A DNA stretch of 64,000 nt. It comes from Dehalococcoidia bacterium. Lineage in GTDB: Bacteria > Chloroflexota > Dehalococcoidia > Lucifugimonadales > UBA3495. The position numbers and the translations under genes are program-made. The notes beneath the pieces are model-generated. The model ran no database searches, had not been told where the DNA came from, and was given only the letters and a program-made list of their open reading frames with translations. The stretch is from positions 2,718,682 to 2,782,681 of the forward strand of contig OZ250155.1 of NCBI GenBank assembly GCA_965237775.1, read 5' to 3'. This document shows, piece after piece, positions 48,603 to 59,180 of this stretch (within the stretch, counting starts at the first letter, position 1; the number at the start of each line of letters is the position of its first letter).

Positions 48603-49340
48603 TTATGATACATGTAAGCCTGTGGCGATCGATTGGACTGTTTCCTTAGCGACCTCCCTTTCAATCCGCGCAATAAGCACACTCCCAGCAGGGGACCGCT
48701 TCAAATACTCCAGGGTGTTTTCGTAGGGTTTCTCGCAAATGTTCCAGGCAATTGCCGTTTCTACGGCCTCTTGATCTTCCGGTGCTAATGAACAATAGTC
48801 ATCAGGCGAGGCATAAACGTTGATATAACCGGACAGACATTCGAGGTCCTGTTTCTTCCGTAACGTCGGAGTTTCACAGGTGAAATCACGCACAAGATTT
48901 GAGGCCGATGTCTCCAAGCTTTGGTCGGAACTGGCTGGGTAGGAAACTATGAACCAAGTTGTATCCTGGTCTGGATACACGTTGCAGGAAGCGAAAGTGT
49001 GTTGCTGCTCCTGCCTCCTCCCTCTGCTGGCCAAGTGTCTAATTGGCAAGTACTCGGATGCAGCATAGGGAATTGTCGGGGCAAATGGGGCGATGTGATG
49101 GACCAGAGGCCCCCGAGCTACCTCCGTTAATCGCCGGTCGAATAACGATTTGTGACGGTAAAGGGGTGTCATTACACGTGCCGTCCCATCTAGATTCTCC
49201 CTCAGAGAGTCTACGCCAAATCTGTTTCCGGACCTGACCATCTTACGCAGTTGCTCAGCATTCACTGATTCAGTGCCACGAAACTGGCTTATCCGATACA
49301 ACAGGGTCCGGTACGCCAACAAGGACAATCGATTTGCCAA
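48603..49340 (-). CDS. Hypothetical protein, distal gene of the SIR2-led minus-strand string
   Basis: 245-aa ORF with a TTG start in the track and no recognisable motif. It is on the same strand and closely spaced with the two genes upstream of it. Confidence 0.35.
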   Translation of the reverse strand: MANRLSLLAYRTLLYRISQFRGTESVNAEQLRKMVRSGNRFGVDSLRENLDGTARVMTPLYRHKSLFDRRLTEVARGPLVHHIAPFAPTIPYAASEYLPIRHLASRGRRQEQQHTFASCNVYPDQDTTWFIVSYPASSDQSLETSASNLVRDFTCETPTLRKKQDLECLSGYINVYASPDDYCSLAPEDQEAVETAIAWNICEKPYENTLEYLKRSPAGSVLIARIEREVAKETVQSIATGLHVS

Positions 49341-49472
49341 GTCCCTGTATTCATTCGGGCAATTCCTTTCGTCTATCCGAACGTAAGAATCCCATCTCGG
49401 AATGCGCAGTTCGTCGATGGGCCTGAACGTAAATCCGTCGTGGTCGCCACATGCAAAATGAGCAATGCTGGC

Positions 49473-49904
49473 CTAGGAAATGGGAATGGGTACAGGCTCC
49501 AAACGCCTGATATTCCAGACCCATTCACTCCCGGGATAACCAGCCGAACCCTTAGCGAGATTTACCAATCGAGAAGCCGTGGGGAAAAACCGGAGGACAT
49601 TTCTCGTACCATCCTGCTCCTCGCGAGAGATTAGGCTGAGAACGCCATTTTCCTGGATGGAATGGTTATCAGCATAAGCGGCTTCTGAACATTCGACCGG
49701 CGTATGTCCCAATGTCCCACTCAATCTCAGTTCCAAAGCGCATGCGATAAGGCACTTCGGAACAACCTCGTCCGCGAGACCAGTTGTGGCCAAGCGAATA
49801 GTATCCATCGCTTCCTGGACTTGAGAGGGCGATATGAAGTCGATATTCCACTCCTCAACTAGCCGAGCCATAATTTGTGACGGTAAAACGGTCCTTCTTG
49901 GCAT
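49473..49904 (-). CDS. Hypothetical protein, middle gene of the SIR2-led string
   Basis: The track ORF is 49473..50072. The start is trimmed to MPRRTVLPSQ (49904), which follows a GAAGG-like RBS. No motif recognised. Confidence 0.35.
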   Translation of the reverse strand: MPRRTVLPSQIMARLVEEWNIDFISPSQVQEAMDTIRLATTGLADEVVPKCLIACALELRLSGTLGHTPVECSEAAYADNHSIQENGVLSLISREEQDGTRNVLRFFPTASRLVNLAKGSAGYPGSEWVWNIRRLEPVPIPIS

Positions 49905-50227
49905 ACTATTACCTTCGTTAGCCGAAATCCACAAGACCGAAGACGACCCAATCGGCGCCGGTAAGGCGACAACAATCGTAGTAAAGGGTTGGCGTGAATC
50001 TCCAGCCCACGACTGAGGGCAGCATGGCCCGTAGGGTGGTTGAGTGCGCTCCACCAACTTAACTGAAATCACGAACTTTCACACTGAGGATCAGGCTTAA
50101 CCTCCGACTTGAGGGTTGTTAACTCCTTCCGCGTCCTAACACCCCGGCCCACCTACAGTAACGCGTGAGGAGCACCTTGTTCTGGACGAGGTACCCAGCA
50201 TCGCGGGGGTGCGGCAGTAGACGCCAG

Positions 50228-51130
50228 TTAGTTCTCCGGGTTTATAGCAAACAGAAACTCAGGAAGAGATTCCCACCAGTCGAGAGTGACCGTGTTCACA
50301 CCCATTGAGCGCAGGTAGGCTTCTTTGATAATATCTCTCCGTGCCTGAACCAAGTAGCGAACAGGCATGTCATCGTTCGTCGCTAGGCGCGCCTCATCGT
50401 GGATCAATGTGAAGTTCGGGTCCGAGAGGCTGAATCCCACGAACAAGAAAGTGCAAGACCTTAACTCTTGGCCCAGGTGAGTAAGCATCTCGGTACGCTC
50501 TCTCCTGGCCTTAGCAAAGTCCATGCGGCACAGAATGGTCGTTTCCGGACGGTCTATCGAGCCATTAAGCTTCACCAAGTGGATGAGGCCAGGTTCTTGT
50601 CGATGTGCGTTGAACTCAGATGGCGTGCTGCTTACGCGCACGTTACGACCGACCTTTTGGAATGCGAGCTCAATGAGTTCATCAAAGTTGGTCGTAAAAA
50701 TCGTGCTAACGGGAAGTCTTGTAAGCTCGTGATGGGACCTAGTTAGTCGCTGTCTATCGGTTCCCCGCGTGACAAATTGTTCCCGGAGGAAAGCATAGTA
50801 GTTCGCTGTCCCTACCTTCTCACGGAACAGTTCGGCACAATCGATCGGGCTCTGCTCCTTGAAGAATCGCTCGACCTCATCGGAGTGCTCCTGTAACTCT
50901 GGCAGACTCGCCACACGCTCGCGCATTCTGTTAACAAGCATCGGCCAGGACGGGAAGCGGCGGCCATCGTCATGGTGCCCAAATTCGAACAACGCGCGCC
51001 CGCGGTCTACGCCGTAGGACAGACCTGCTCCGAGGAAAATAAAGACATCGACATCACTATCGGCGATTCTGCCGCGAATCTCCGCCACTAGGCGAGCGTT
51101 CTGCGCGTCTTCAAGCCAGTTAGGAAGCAT
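50228..51130 (-). CDS. SIR2_2-family (SIR2-like) protein with Asn in place of the expected His
   Basis: FIFLGAGLSYG (GAGxS), IFTTNFDELIE (TTNxD) and FLFVGFSLSDPNF are all SIR2_2-like. The usual K-L-H-G-S segment reads VKLNGS (Asn189, codon at 50564-50566). Confidence 0.8.
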   Translation of the reverse strand: MLPNWLEDAQNARLVAEIRGRIADSDVDVFIFLGAGLSYGVDRGRALFEFGHHDDGRRFPSWPMLVNRMRERVASLPELQEHSDEVERFFKEQSPIDCAELFREKVGTANYYAFLREQFVTRGTDRQRLTRSHHELTRLPVSTIFTTNFDELIELAFQKVGRNVRVSSTPSEFNAHRQEPGLIHLVKLNGSIDRPETTILCRMDFAKARRERTEMLTHLGQELRSCTFLFVGFSLSDPNFTLIHDEARLATNDDMPVRYLVQARRDIIKEAYLRSMGVNTVTLDWWESLPEFLFAINPEN

Positions 51131-51242
51131 CTGCTCAATTCCTTAGGTTGAGACATCTGTGAGACCTTTTTTGGTTCAGTTCGTAAAAGGTTCGTCAAGG
51201 AACTTGCTGCCCTAGACCTGCCTCTCGGTCTCCCTTTTGGGG

Positions 51243-52409
51243 CTACCCGACTTCAGCGAGCGATTCCAATGCCTTCGCAACCAGAGATACGGCTTCGTGT
51301 ATTTCCAGATCGGACGTGAATCGCCCAAAGCTGAAACGTACCGAAGAATCTGCCTGACTTTCACTTACCCCCATTGCATTGAGCACATGGGAGGGTTCGG
51401 GAATTCCTGAAGTACACGCGGCTCCGGTAGACGCGGCGAGACCGGGTTGAAGCGCTCCTAATATGTCCTGAGCTGCGAACCCGTCGAACCGCAAGTTAGC
51501 ATTACCAGGGTGTCGCCGATCCCATGCAGGACCATTGATGGTTACGGGAAAGGCGCTATCCAAGAGAAGATTCACAAAAAGGTTACGTTGCTTGGCAACC
51601 TCCGGGCGCTCCCGAGATCCGTCCGCTTCTACAATTTCTGCGGCGGCAGCCATTCCCACGCACAATGGTACTGGCACCGTGCCGGAACGCAGGCCATTCT
51701 GTTGACCACCACCGTATATGAGAGGTTCTATCTCAGTCTGTAGGTTCCTTCGGACGTACAACGCCCCAATGCCCTGCGGCCCGTAAATCTTGTGTCCCGA
51801 CAGGCTAATGAGGTCAGCATGTTTTGTTAGACGACTTATGTCCATGGCACAGGGCGCCTGCGCTGCATCGCAGTGAAGGATGACGCCGTGGCCGGACAGC
51901 AATCCAGCAATGGCAGGCAAGTCCTGAATTGTCCCAACCTCGTTATTGACCGCCATAATAGAGGCGGCAAGGACCGAATCGTCGAGCATAGTTTCCAAAA
52001 CATCCAAGTCGATGAAGCCTTCTCGGTCCACTGGAATTGTCTCGACGGTGAATCCTTCGCGTTCCCCCAATACCCTAGCTGCCGCCAAGACGCATTTGTG
52101 CTCGATGGCGCTGACCAGAATCCTCGGGCGCGACGGCGGCGCTCGCCGAGCCAATCCGAAAATCGCGAGATTGTTGGCCTCCGTGGCCCCGGAGGTGAAC
52201 ACAATCTCGTCCGGGTCGGCACCTATCAGCGCGGCAACGGAAGTTAGGGATTCTCGGACCGCCTCCGCCGCCTTCCACCCCACTATGTGGTCGTTGGAGT
52301 GGGGGTTTCCAAACGATTCGCCCCAAAAGGGCAACATCTTCTCCAACACCCGTGGGTCCACCGGCGTGGTAGCTTGGTAGTCAGCGTAGATGGTGTTGTT
52401 GGGCGACAT
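51243..52409 (-). CDS. sspA: Class V PLP-dependent cysteine desulfurase (SspA/DndA-like)
   Basis: SGHKIYGPQGIGALYV holds the PLP lysine and STGAACTSG the catalytic Cys loop. It is divergent from the DUF4007 / ATPase / PAPS-reductase-like genes. Confidence 0.8.
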   Translation of the reverse strand: MSPNNTIYADYQATTPVDPRVLEKMLPFWGESFGNPHSNDHIVGWKAAEAVRESLTSVAALIGADPDEIVFTSGATEANNLAIFGLARRAPPSRPRILVSAIEHKCVLAAARVLGEREGFTVETIPVDREGFIDLDVLETMLDDSVLAASIMAVNNEVGTIQDLPAIAGLLSGHGVILHCDAAQAPCAMDISRLTKHADLISLSGHKIYGPQGIGALYVRRNLQTEIEPLIYGGGQQNGLRSGTVPVPLCVGMAAAAEIVEADGSRERPEVAKQRNLFVNLLLDSAFPVTINGPAWDRRHPGNANLRFDGFAAQDILGALQPGLAASTGAACTSGIPEPSHVLNAMGVSESQADSSVRFSFGRFTSDLEIHEAVSLVAKALESLAEVG

Positions 52410-52499
52410 GCAGTCATTACCCCTGACTTCAAATCTTAGAGACCGTGACGTTTCCCGTCTTTACAATACAGTACGCGGGTGCTATCGTCCACCTGGACG

Positions 52500-53495
52500 A
52501 TGCCGCCAGTAGGGGGACAAGTGCTTAGGGGACCTCTCTATCGGGACGAATACCACCCGCAGTTATCAGGCCATGAGACCTTCCCAATTCGTTACGGGTG
52601 GTTGAAAAAGGCTTTCGACGCGGTTCGGGATACCGAAGGACAAGAAGACAACCGGCAGGTATTCACCGGCCCGGACGCGATCGCCCGGTTTGGGGTGGGC
52701 AAGAACATGGTTGCTTCAATGCGCCATTGGGCCACTGTAACCGAGATTGTCCTCGAAGATCCCGACCACCGCCATATTTCCACCACTCCCCTCGGACGCC
52801 TGATATTCGGCGACGGGGGACTTGACCCCTACATGGAACATCCGGCTACCACTTGGTTGCTGCACTGGCACCTGTGCGGGCGAGACACCAAGACCACGTG
52901 GTTCTGGGCATTTCATTACTACCCGTCGATTTCGTTCGAGAGGGAGGTGCTGGCCCAAGGGATACAGAAGCTCGCCGAAGAGAGGGAGTGGACTCGCGCA
53001 TCTGTCGCGACCATACGGAGGGACGTTTCCTGCTTTATTCGCACCTACGTCGCCCAAGCACCGTCGGGCAACGGGGGATATGAAGACGGCTTGGAGTCGC
53101 CGCTGACCGAGTTAGGCCTAATCAAGCCCACCGGCCGCCGCGACGGCTTTCGATTCGTGCGAGGACCGAAGCCGTCTTTGGGGCCTGGCGTATTCGGTTA
53201 CGCCGTGACCGACTATTGGCTACGGAATTTCCCTACCGCCAATACTTTGTCCTTCGAGGCGCTCACTCACGAGCCTGGTTCTCCCGGACGGACCTTTCTA
53301 CTTGAAGAAAACGACATGGTGGATATGTTGGTCGCCCTGGAGGATGTAAGCCGGGGTGCCTACCAATGGTCTGAGACGGCGGGATTGAAGCAACTCATCC
53401 GCAGCCGGTCGGTTTCGGATGCCGATGCCACTGAGTGGCTGGAAAAGGACTACTTACCCTATGGCCAACTGGAGTTAAGCCGTGCCTTTGGCTGA
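52500..53495 (+). CDS. sspB: DUF4007-family protein (SspB-like)
   Basis: SGHETFPIRYGWLKKAFDAV matches the N-terminal DUF4007 signature (HETF..RYGWL.K). The ATG at 52500 is preferred to the track GTG at 52479. Confidence 0.7.
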   Translation: MPPVGGQVLRGPLYRDEYHPQLSGHETFPIRYGWLKKAFDAVRDTEGQEDNRQVFTGPDAIARFGVGKNMVASMRHWATVTEIVLEDPDHRHISTTPLGRLIFGDGGLDPYMEHPATTWLLHWHLCGRDTKTTWFWAFHYYPSISFEREVLAQGIQKLAEEREWTRASVATIRRDVSCFIRTYVAQAPSGNGGYEDGLESPLTELGLIKPTGRRDGFRFVRGPKPSLGPGVFGYAVTDYWLRNFPTANTLSFEALTHEPGSPGRTFLLEENDMVDMLVALEDVSRGAYQWSETAGLKQLIRSRSVSDADATEWLEKDYLPYGQLELSRAFG

Positions 53496-56400
53496 ACGGG
53501 TCACCGTCTCCCGAAGATTTCAACGGGCAATCCGGATTGACACCGATCTAGACGACCCTTTCGCCCTGGAAGGATTCGTCTGCCCTCAATCGTCGGCTAT
53601 GGTCCTGGAAACCATGGCACAGCACCTGTCCGAATCCGGTCAAGCGGCTTTCACTTGGACCGGCCCCTACGGCAGTGGAAAGTCCAGCTTGGTGGTTGCC
53701 CTATCCGCCTTGATCGGCTCGGATAGCGATGCGAGGCGGGAAGCAGCGTCGGTGATAGGCGAAGCAACTGCCTCCGCCGTCTGGAACGCCATGCCACCCA
53801 AGAAGAATGGATGGAAGGTCTTGCCAATTGTGGGCCGTCGGGACCGTCCCGAGAGGCTGGCGGAAGAGGCGGTCCGAGCCAGAAAACTCGGAGGGCAGGG
53901 CCGCCGCCGAGGATGGTCTGAAAAACAGGCACTGGACACGTTGCAGAGAATCGCTTTCAGGGACCCGGATAACACCGGCGGCCTCATCGTCTTCATTGAC
54001 GAGATGGGAAAACTCTTGGAGGGGGCGGCGCGAGAGGCGTCTGACGTTTACTTCTTCCAGCAACTAGCGGAGATGGCCTCCCGGAGCGATGGCCGTCTGG
54101 TGGTCGTCGGAATACTCCATCAAGCCTTCGAGGAGTATTCCTACCGATTGTCCAGGGAAACGAGAGAGGAGTGGTCCAAGATACAGGGCCGCTTCATAGA
54201 CCTCCCCGTGAACGCCGGCGCCGACGAGCAGATAAGTCTATTGGGGCGGGCCATCGAAAGTGACCACCGGCCTGAGAAACCAGGGGCTCTGTCCCTGGCA
54301 GTGGCGGGACTGACCAACCGCACCACCGCGGGAAACCTGCCTGAGCTACTGGAAGCCTGTTGGCCGTTGCACCCGGTAGTCCCTTGCCTCCTTGGCCCCA
54401 TTTCCCGCCGAAGATTCGGACAGAACCAGCGCAGCATCTTCGGGTTCCTGAACTCCAGTGAACCCAGCGGTTTCCAGGACTTCCTGCGCCGTGGCCAGGA
54501 TGCCGACCTCTATACCCCCAACCTTCTTTGGGAATATCTCCGCCTCAACCTTGAACCGTCCATCATGGCTTCCCCGGACGGGCACCGTTGGGCGTTGGCG
54601 GTGGATGCACTGGAGCGGTGTCAGGCCTTGGGCGGCAGCGAGTTCCACCTGCGCCTCCTGGAAACCATCGCATTGATAGACCTTTTCAAGGAACGTTCCG
54701 GTCTGGTTCCAAACGCTGATCTGCTTGCCTGCGTATTCCCGCAGTTGGATTCCAGGACCATGACCTCCGCACTAGATCAGTTGCAACAGTGGTCATTGGT
54801 CATCTACCGCAAATTCAACGACTCGCACAGCATTTTCGAGGGCAGTGACTTCGACGTTGACGAGGCGGTTGGGCTAATCCTTGAGGCCATGGATGACACG
54901 GACTTCGGCTTGCTCAATGAGATAGCCAACCTACAACCAACAGTGGCTAAGCGACACTATCACAAGACCGGCGCCATGCGCTGGTACGATATGGCAATTG
55001 CACCCTTGGCCGACGTGAAAGCTAGGCCCGAGACCTACCGCCCTAAGCCCGGCGGAGTAGGAACCTTTGTCCTGGCGGTTCCCACACTAAGCGAATCCGT
55101 AGAGTCGGCCCAAATATCGGCAACAAAAGCCACCGAACAGGTTCGCGACTGGGACCTGGTTGTCGGGCTGTCCCAGGAGGCTTGGAACTTTACGTCGTTG
55201 GCCAGGGAACTGCTGGCCACCGAGCGGGTGAGAGACGAGTCCCCCGAATTACAGGGCGACCGCGTAGCTAGAAGGGAAGTGGAAGCGCGAATAGGCAGTT
55301 TGCGGGGTTACATCGAAAGCGAGTTGGGCCGCGCCTTCGACTCGGCCCTTTGGCACGCGAGTGGCGGGCAGGGTGAGAGATTGACCCAGGCGGAGCTAAA
55401 CGGGCTGGCATCACGATTGGCAGATAAGCGATTTAGCATGACTCCCCGTCTGCATAACGAGCTCTTGAATCGGACAAAGCCGTCGAGCAACGCCGTGGCC
55501 GCCCAGAATTTCCTGCTGCGTCGTATGGCTCTCCACGAAGGGGAGGAGCGCTTGGGAATCGAAGGGTTTCCCGCGGAAGGTGGATTGTTCGCCTCCCTGC
55601 TGGAAAAAAGCGGACTTTATCGCAATACGCTGCAAGGATGGCGTTTCAGCCTCCCTTCCTGTGGCGCCGACGACCCGTGCGATCTCGCCCCAGCGTGGCA
55701 AGCGGCGACGGATTTGCTGGAATCCAATCGGGACAGGGCAGTGCCGGTTTCCGAGATGTACGAAATTTGGCGGGGGCAACCCTTTGGTATCAAGGACGGC
55801 CTACTGCCGGTCCTGGCAGCGGCCTTTATTTTGTCCCAGCGGCGTGACGTGGCGTTCTACCGGCAGAGTATCTTCCAGGCCCGCGTGACGGACTTGGACA
55901 TGGACTATCTGGCGAAGGACCCCCGCGATGTCCAACTCCGATGGATGGACCTTTCTGAATCGTCACGGCAGTTGCTCTCCGACATGGCTGGAATCGTTCG
56001 CTCCCTTGATGAGGACAACGCCCTTCCTAATCTTGAACCTATTGACGTGGCCAAGGGACTGGTTTCAATCCACGACCGGTTGCCGCCCTGGGTTGGGCGG
56101 ACTCAGCACCTGTCTTCTAACGCCAAGCGCGTCCGCCAACTGTTCAAGCAGGCCAGTGACCCCAACAGCCTTATATTCGACGACATTCCTCGTTTGCTGT
56201 CCGATGGATTGGAAGCGGTCGGTGAAAACACCCTGGCACCAATCTCCAACAATGTCCATGAGGGTTTGGTAGAGCTTCAGCAGGCATATCCGGCCATGCT
56301 GCACCGGCTGAGGGAAACTCTCCTCACTGAATTGCAGGTTCCCAACGCCTCTGGTCCGATGCTGGCGGAACTTCGGGAAAGGGCGAAAAACGTCCGAGAA

Positions 56401-56886
56401 CTCAGCGGGGACCACCGGATGGAAGCATTTATCATGCGCCTTGCCCAGTTCTTTGGCACTGATGCCGACATGGAAAGCCTGGCAAGCATGGTCGCCAATA
56501 AGCCGTCCCAGAGTTGGGTGGACGCCGACATTGACCGAGCCACGGTAGAGCTCGCTGACTCGGCTCAAAGGTTCATGCGGCTCGAGTCCTTCGCCCACGT
56601 TAAAGGCCGCTTTGACAACCGCCATTCTATGGCCGTTACCGTGGGCATGAGCGGACAGCCGACAACCGTCCATGATGAGTTCGAAGTGACATCTATGGAA
56701 CGTCCTGATGTGCGACATCTAACCTCCGAAATAGAGAGAGCCTTGCAGTCCGCAGGTGAACAGCGGCGCAATGTCATCCTGGCCGCTTTGGCGGAAGTGA
56801 GCGCCCTCTATCTCGACCCGAAGGCCGCAGACGACGACACAGTGGACCCTACAGTTCGAGAACAGGTGGTTGAATATGATAGTTAA
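53482..56886 (+). CDS. sspC: Large P-loop ATPase (SspC-like)
   Basis: 1134 aa with Walker A GPYGSGKSS near the N-terminus and Walker-B-like LIVFIDEMGK. It overlaps sspB by 14 nt and sspD by 17 nt. Its size and position match SspC of SspABCD clusters. Confidence 0.65.
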   Translation: MPLAERVTVSRRFQRAIRIDTDLDDPFALEGFVCPQSSAMVLETMAQHLSESGQAAFTWTGPYGSGKSSLVVALSALIGSDSDARREAASVIGEATASAVWNAMPPKKNGWKVLPIVGRRDRPERLAEEAVRARKLGGQGRRRGWSEKQALDTLQRIAFRDPDNTGGLIVFIDEMGKLLEGAAREASDVYFFQQLAEMASRSDGRLVVVGILHQAFEEYSYRLSRETREEWSKIQGRFIDLPVNAGADEQISLLGRAIESDHRPEKPGALSLAVAGLTNRTTAGNLPELLEACWPLHPVVPCLLGPISRRRFGQNQRSIFGFLNSSEPSGFQDFLRRGQDADLYTPNLLWEYLRLNLEPSIMASPDGHRWALAVDALERCQALGGSEFHLRLLETIALIDLFKERSGLVPNADLLACVFPQLDSRTMTSALDQLQQWSLVIYRKFNDSHSIFEGSDFDVDEAVGLILEAMDDTDFGLLNEIANLQPTVAKRHYHKTGAMRWYDMAIAPLADVKARPETYRPKPGGVGTFVLAVPTLSESVESAQISATKATEQVRDWDLVVGLSQEAWNFTSLARELLATERVRDESPELQGDRVARREVEARIGSLRGYIESELGRAFDSALWHASGGQGERLTQAELNGLASRLADKRFSMTPRLHNELLNRTKPSSNAVAAQNFLLRRMALHEGEERLGIEGFPAEGGLFASLLEKSGLYRNTLQGWRFSLPSCGADDPCDLAPAWQAATDLLESNRDRAVPVSEMYEIWRGQPFGIKDGLLPVLAAAFILSQRRDVAFYRQSIFQARVTDLDMDYLAKDPRDVQLRWMDLSESSRQLLSDMAGIVRSLDEDNALPNLEPIDVAKGLVSIHDRLPPWVGRTQHLSSNAKRVRQLFKQASDPNSLIFDDIPRLLSDGLEAVGENTLAPISNNVHEGLVELQQAYPAMLHRLRETLLTELQVPNASGPMLAELRERAKNVRELSGDHRMEAFIMRLAQFFGTDADMESLASMVANKPSQSWVDADIDRATVELADSAQRFMRLESFAHVKGRFDNRHSMAVTVGMSGQPTTVHDEFEVTSMERPDVRHLTSEIERALQSAGEQRRNVILAALAEVSALYLDPKAADDDTVDPTVREQVVEYDS

Positions 56887-57712
56887 AAAGCGCCACGTCT
56901 TGGGGCTGTCCGGAGGGCGTGACAGCGCGGCCCTAGCGGTCTATATGCGACAGAACCACCCTGAACACCGGGTGGACTACTTTTTTACCGACACCGGAAA
57001 AGAACTGCCAGAGGTGTACGAATTCCTAGTGAAACTGGAAGGGTTCCTCGGCCAGCCCATAGTGCGGTTGAACCCTGACCGGGATTTTGACTTTTGGCTC
57101 AAGCAGTACAACAACTTCCTTCCATCGCCGCAAACCCGGTGGTGTACCCGGCAGTTAAAGCTCCGCCCATTTGAGCAATGGATTCGGCCCAGTCTTGAGA
57201 ATGGCGAAACCGTGTACAGCTACGTGGCCATCCGGTCAGACGAAGAGTACCGGGAAGGGTATGCCTCCAAACACGAAAATCTCATCGTCAAACTCCCTCT
57301 TAAGGACGCCGGCATTGACAAGGCTGGAGTGCTAGATATACTCGACAGCGCTGGTTTAGGATTGCCAGAATATTACGAATGGCGCACTCGTAGCGGCTGT
57401 ACCTTCTGCTTTTTCCAGCAAAAGATCGAGTGGGTTCGATTGATAGAGCGGCATCCTCGTTATTTCGAGGAAGCGAAGAGCTACGAGAAGAACGCCATTG
57501 ACCACGGGTCGCCGTTTACCTGGAGCCAGGGCGAGTCCTTGGAAGAACTGGCGCAGCCTGAACGCGTAGCTCAGATCACTCAGGAGCACCAGCAGAGGCT
57601 GGAGAGGATGCGGGGCAAGAGCCAGGTAAATCCGTTGCGCCCCGACGCGGAGCCAATAGACATCGATGACTTATATGGTAAGGCTAAGGTTTGTTTAGCG
57701 TGTCACAAGTAA
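56870..57712 (+). CDS. sspD: PAPS-reductase/PP-loop ATP pyrophosphatase family protein (SspD/DndC-like)
   Basis: The PP-loop reads LGLSGGRDSAALAVY, followed by conserved RWCTRQLK and C-terminal Cys residues (SGCTFCF, CLACH). An alternative ATG lies at 56876. Confidence 0.8.
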   Translation: MNMIVKKRHVLGLSGGRDSAALAVYMRQNHPEHRVDYFFTDTGKELPEVYEFLVKLEGFLGQPIVRLNPDRDFDFWLKQYNNFLPSPQTRWCTRQLKLRPFEQWIRPSLENGETVYSYVAIRSDEEYREGYASKHENLIVKLPLKDAGIDKAGVLDILDSAGLGLPEYYEWRTRSGCTFCFFQQKIEWVRLIERHPRYFEEAKSYEKNAIDHGSPFTWSQGESLEELAQPERVAQITQEHQQRLERMRGKSQVNPLRPDAEPIDIDDLYGKAKVCLACHK

Positions 57713-57926
57713 AAAACGGAGCGATGCTGACCGAGTCTATGAACCAGCGTCCTGAATTCAAATTGGTTGGCCGTGTCGCATAGAATGCGTCATGGCCATT
57801 AGGACATTGCCAGGATCGTTGGCGGCAATCCACGGAACGCCACCCAAGCGGCCTTCATGAGAAACACCTTCTGCCTGACCATAGATGAGTGGTTGTGGGC
57901 GGACCATAGGAACATCCATATAACTG

Positions 57927-59180
57927 ATGACTACAATTTCAATCCACCCTAGTTACGGTCTTTATCCCCACCAGCGTCAGGTCGCTAATGACTTGATGCG
58001 CTTTCTTACGCCCGGGGGGAATTCAGAGTCTGGACCTTCCGAACAAAGGGTAGTAGCTCACCTCCCAACCGGAGCTGGCAAGACACGCGTTGCGACTCAC
58101 GTTGTCTCGGAACTTCTAAACGGCAGTCCCCACGACGACCGGGGTTTAATCATTTGGTTGGCCAGTACTGCGGAATTGTGTGAACAAGCCGCAGAAGAAT
58201 TGGAACGGGCTTGGTACTGCCTGGGACGATGGGACGCTACGGTTTACCGCATGTGGGGAAACTACGATGCCGACATCTCTTGGGTGTCAGGAGGATTCCT
58301 AGTTGCCGGGTTGGGAAAGCTGTGGGCGGCCGGCAGAAGTGACCGACAGCCGCTTATCCGGTTGTCGTCAATTGCGGCCGGCATCGTTTTCGACGAGGCT
58401 CATCAGGCGGTTGCGCCTACGTACGAGAGAATGGTCGAAGCCCTCCTTTGGGAAAATCCCCCATTGCTCGGATTGACCGCTACTCCAGGCAGGGGGTCGG
58501 CGGTTCTTGGCCCTGCTGACATTCGTTTAGCAGAACTGTTTCGCTCAAATAAGGTTTCGATTGACCCTCGCGGGCATCCTAACGCCATCGCTTTTCTGAT
58601 AGAAGGTGAATACCTAGCGTTCCCGACGTTTCACCAAGTATCTTTTCAGTCCAACGTCCCTAGCGTGGAAGGTCCTGTCGATGCCGATTACAGCTCAGTT
58701 ATTTTGGGGACGATTGGCGAGGACCAAAGCCGCTTCGTGCATGTTTTAGACTTGGTAGAGCGGGCCCTACGTCGCCATAACCGAGTCATGGTTTTCTGTC
58801 CCACCGTTTCAAACGCGGTTGCAACCACTATAGGATTACAAGAGCGCGGCTGGTCCGCAGGCTCCATCACCTCCAACACGCCGGTCGAAGAGCGTGTTCA
58901 AGTCATAGAACGTTTCAGGGAAAATGAAGGTCCACCGATGGCCTTATTGAACTTCGGTGTTCTAACGGCGGGTTTCGACGCCCCTGTTACTAGCTGCGTC
59001 ATTGTTGCTCGGCCTACCACTTCGGTTGTTCTGTATTCACAAATGGTGGGCAGGGCCATGCGTGGGAGACGAGCCGGGGGGAATCGGGACTGCGAAATTT
59101 ACACGGTCGTCGACAACAATTTACCCGGTTTCCGTTCCGTTGCCGACGCCTTTTCGAATTGGGAGGAACTATGGTCGTAG
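57927..59180 (+). CDS. Compact superfamily-2 DEAD/DEAH (ResIII-like) helicase
   Basis: Motifs include HLPTGAGKTRVA (motif I), VFDEAHQA (motif II, DEAH), LGLTATPGR (motif III) and QMVGRAMRG (motif VI). 417 aa. Confidence 0.8.
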   Translation: MTTISIHPSYGLYPHQRQVANDLMRFLTPGGNSESGPSEQRVVAHLPTGAGKTRVATHVVSELLNGSPHDDRGLIIWLASTAELCEQAAEELERAWYCLGRWDATVYRMWGNYDADISWVSGGFLVAGLGKLWAAGRSDRQPLIRLSSIAAGIVFDEAHQAVAPTYERMVEALLWENPPLLGLTATPGRGSAVLGPADIRLAELFRSNKVSIDPRGHPNAIAFLIEGEYLAFPTFHQVSFQSNVPSVEGPVDADYSSVILGTIGEDQSRFVHVLDLVERALRRHNRVMVFCPTVSNAVATTIGLQERGWSAGSITSNTPVEERVQVIERFRENEGPPMALLNFGVLTAGFDAPVTSCVIVARPTTSVVLYSQMVGRAMRGRRAGGNRDCEIYTVVDNNLPGFRSVADAFSNWEELWS

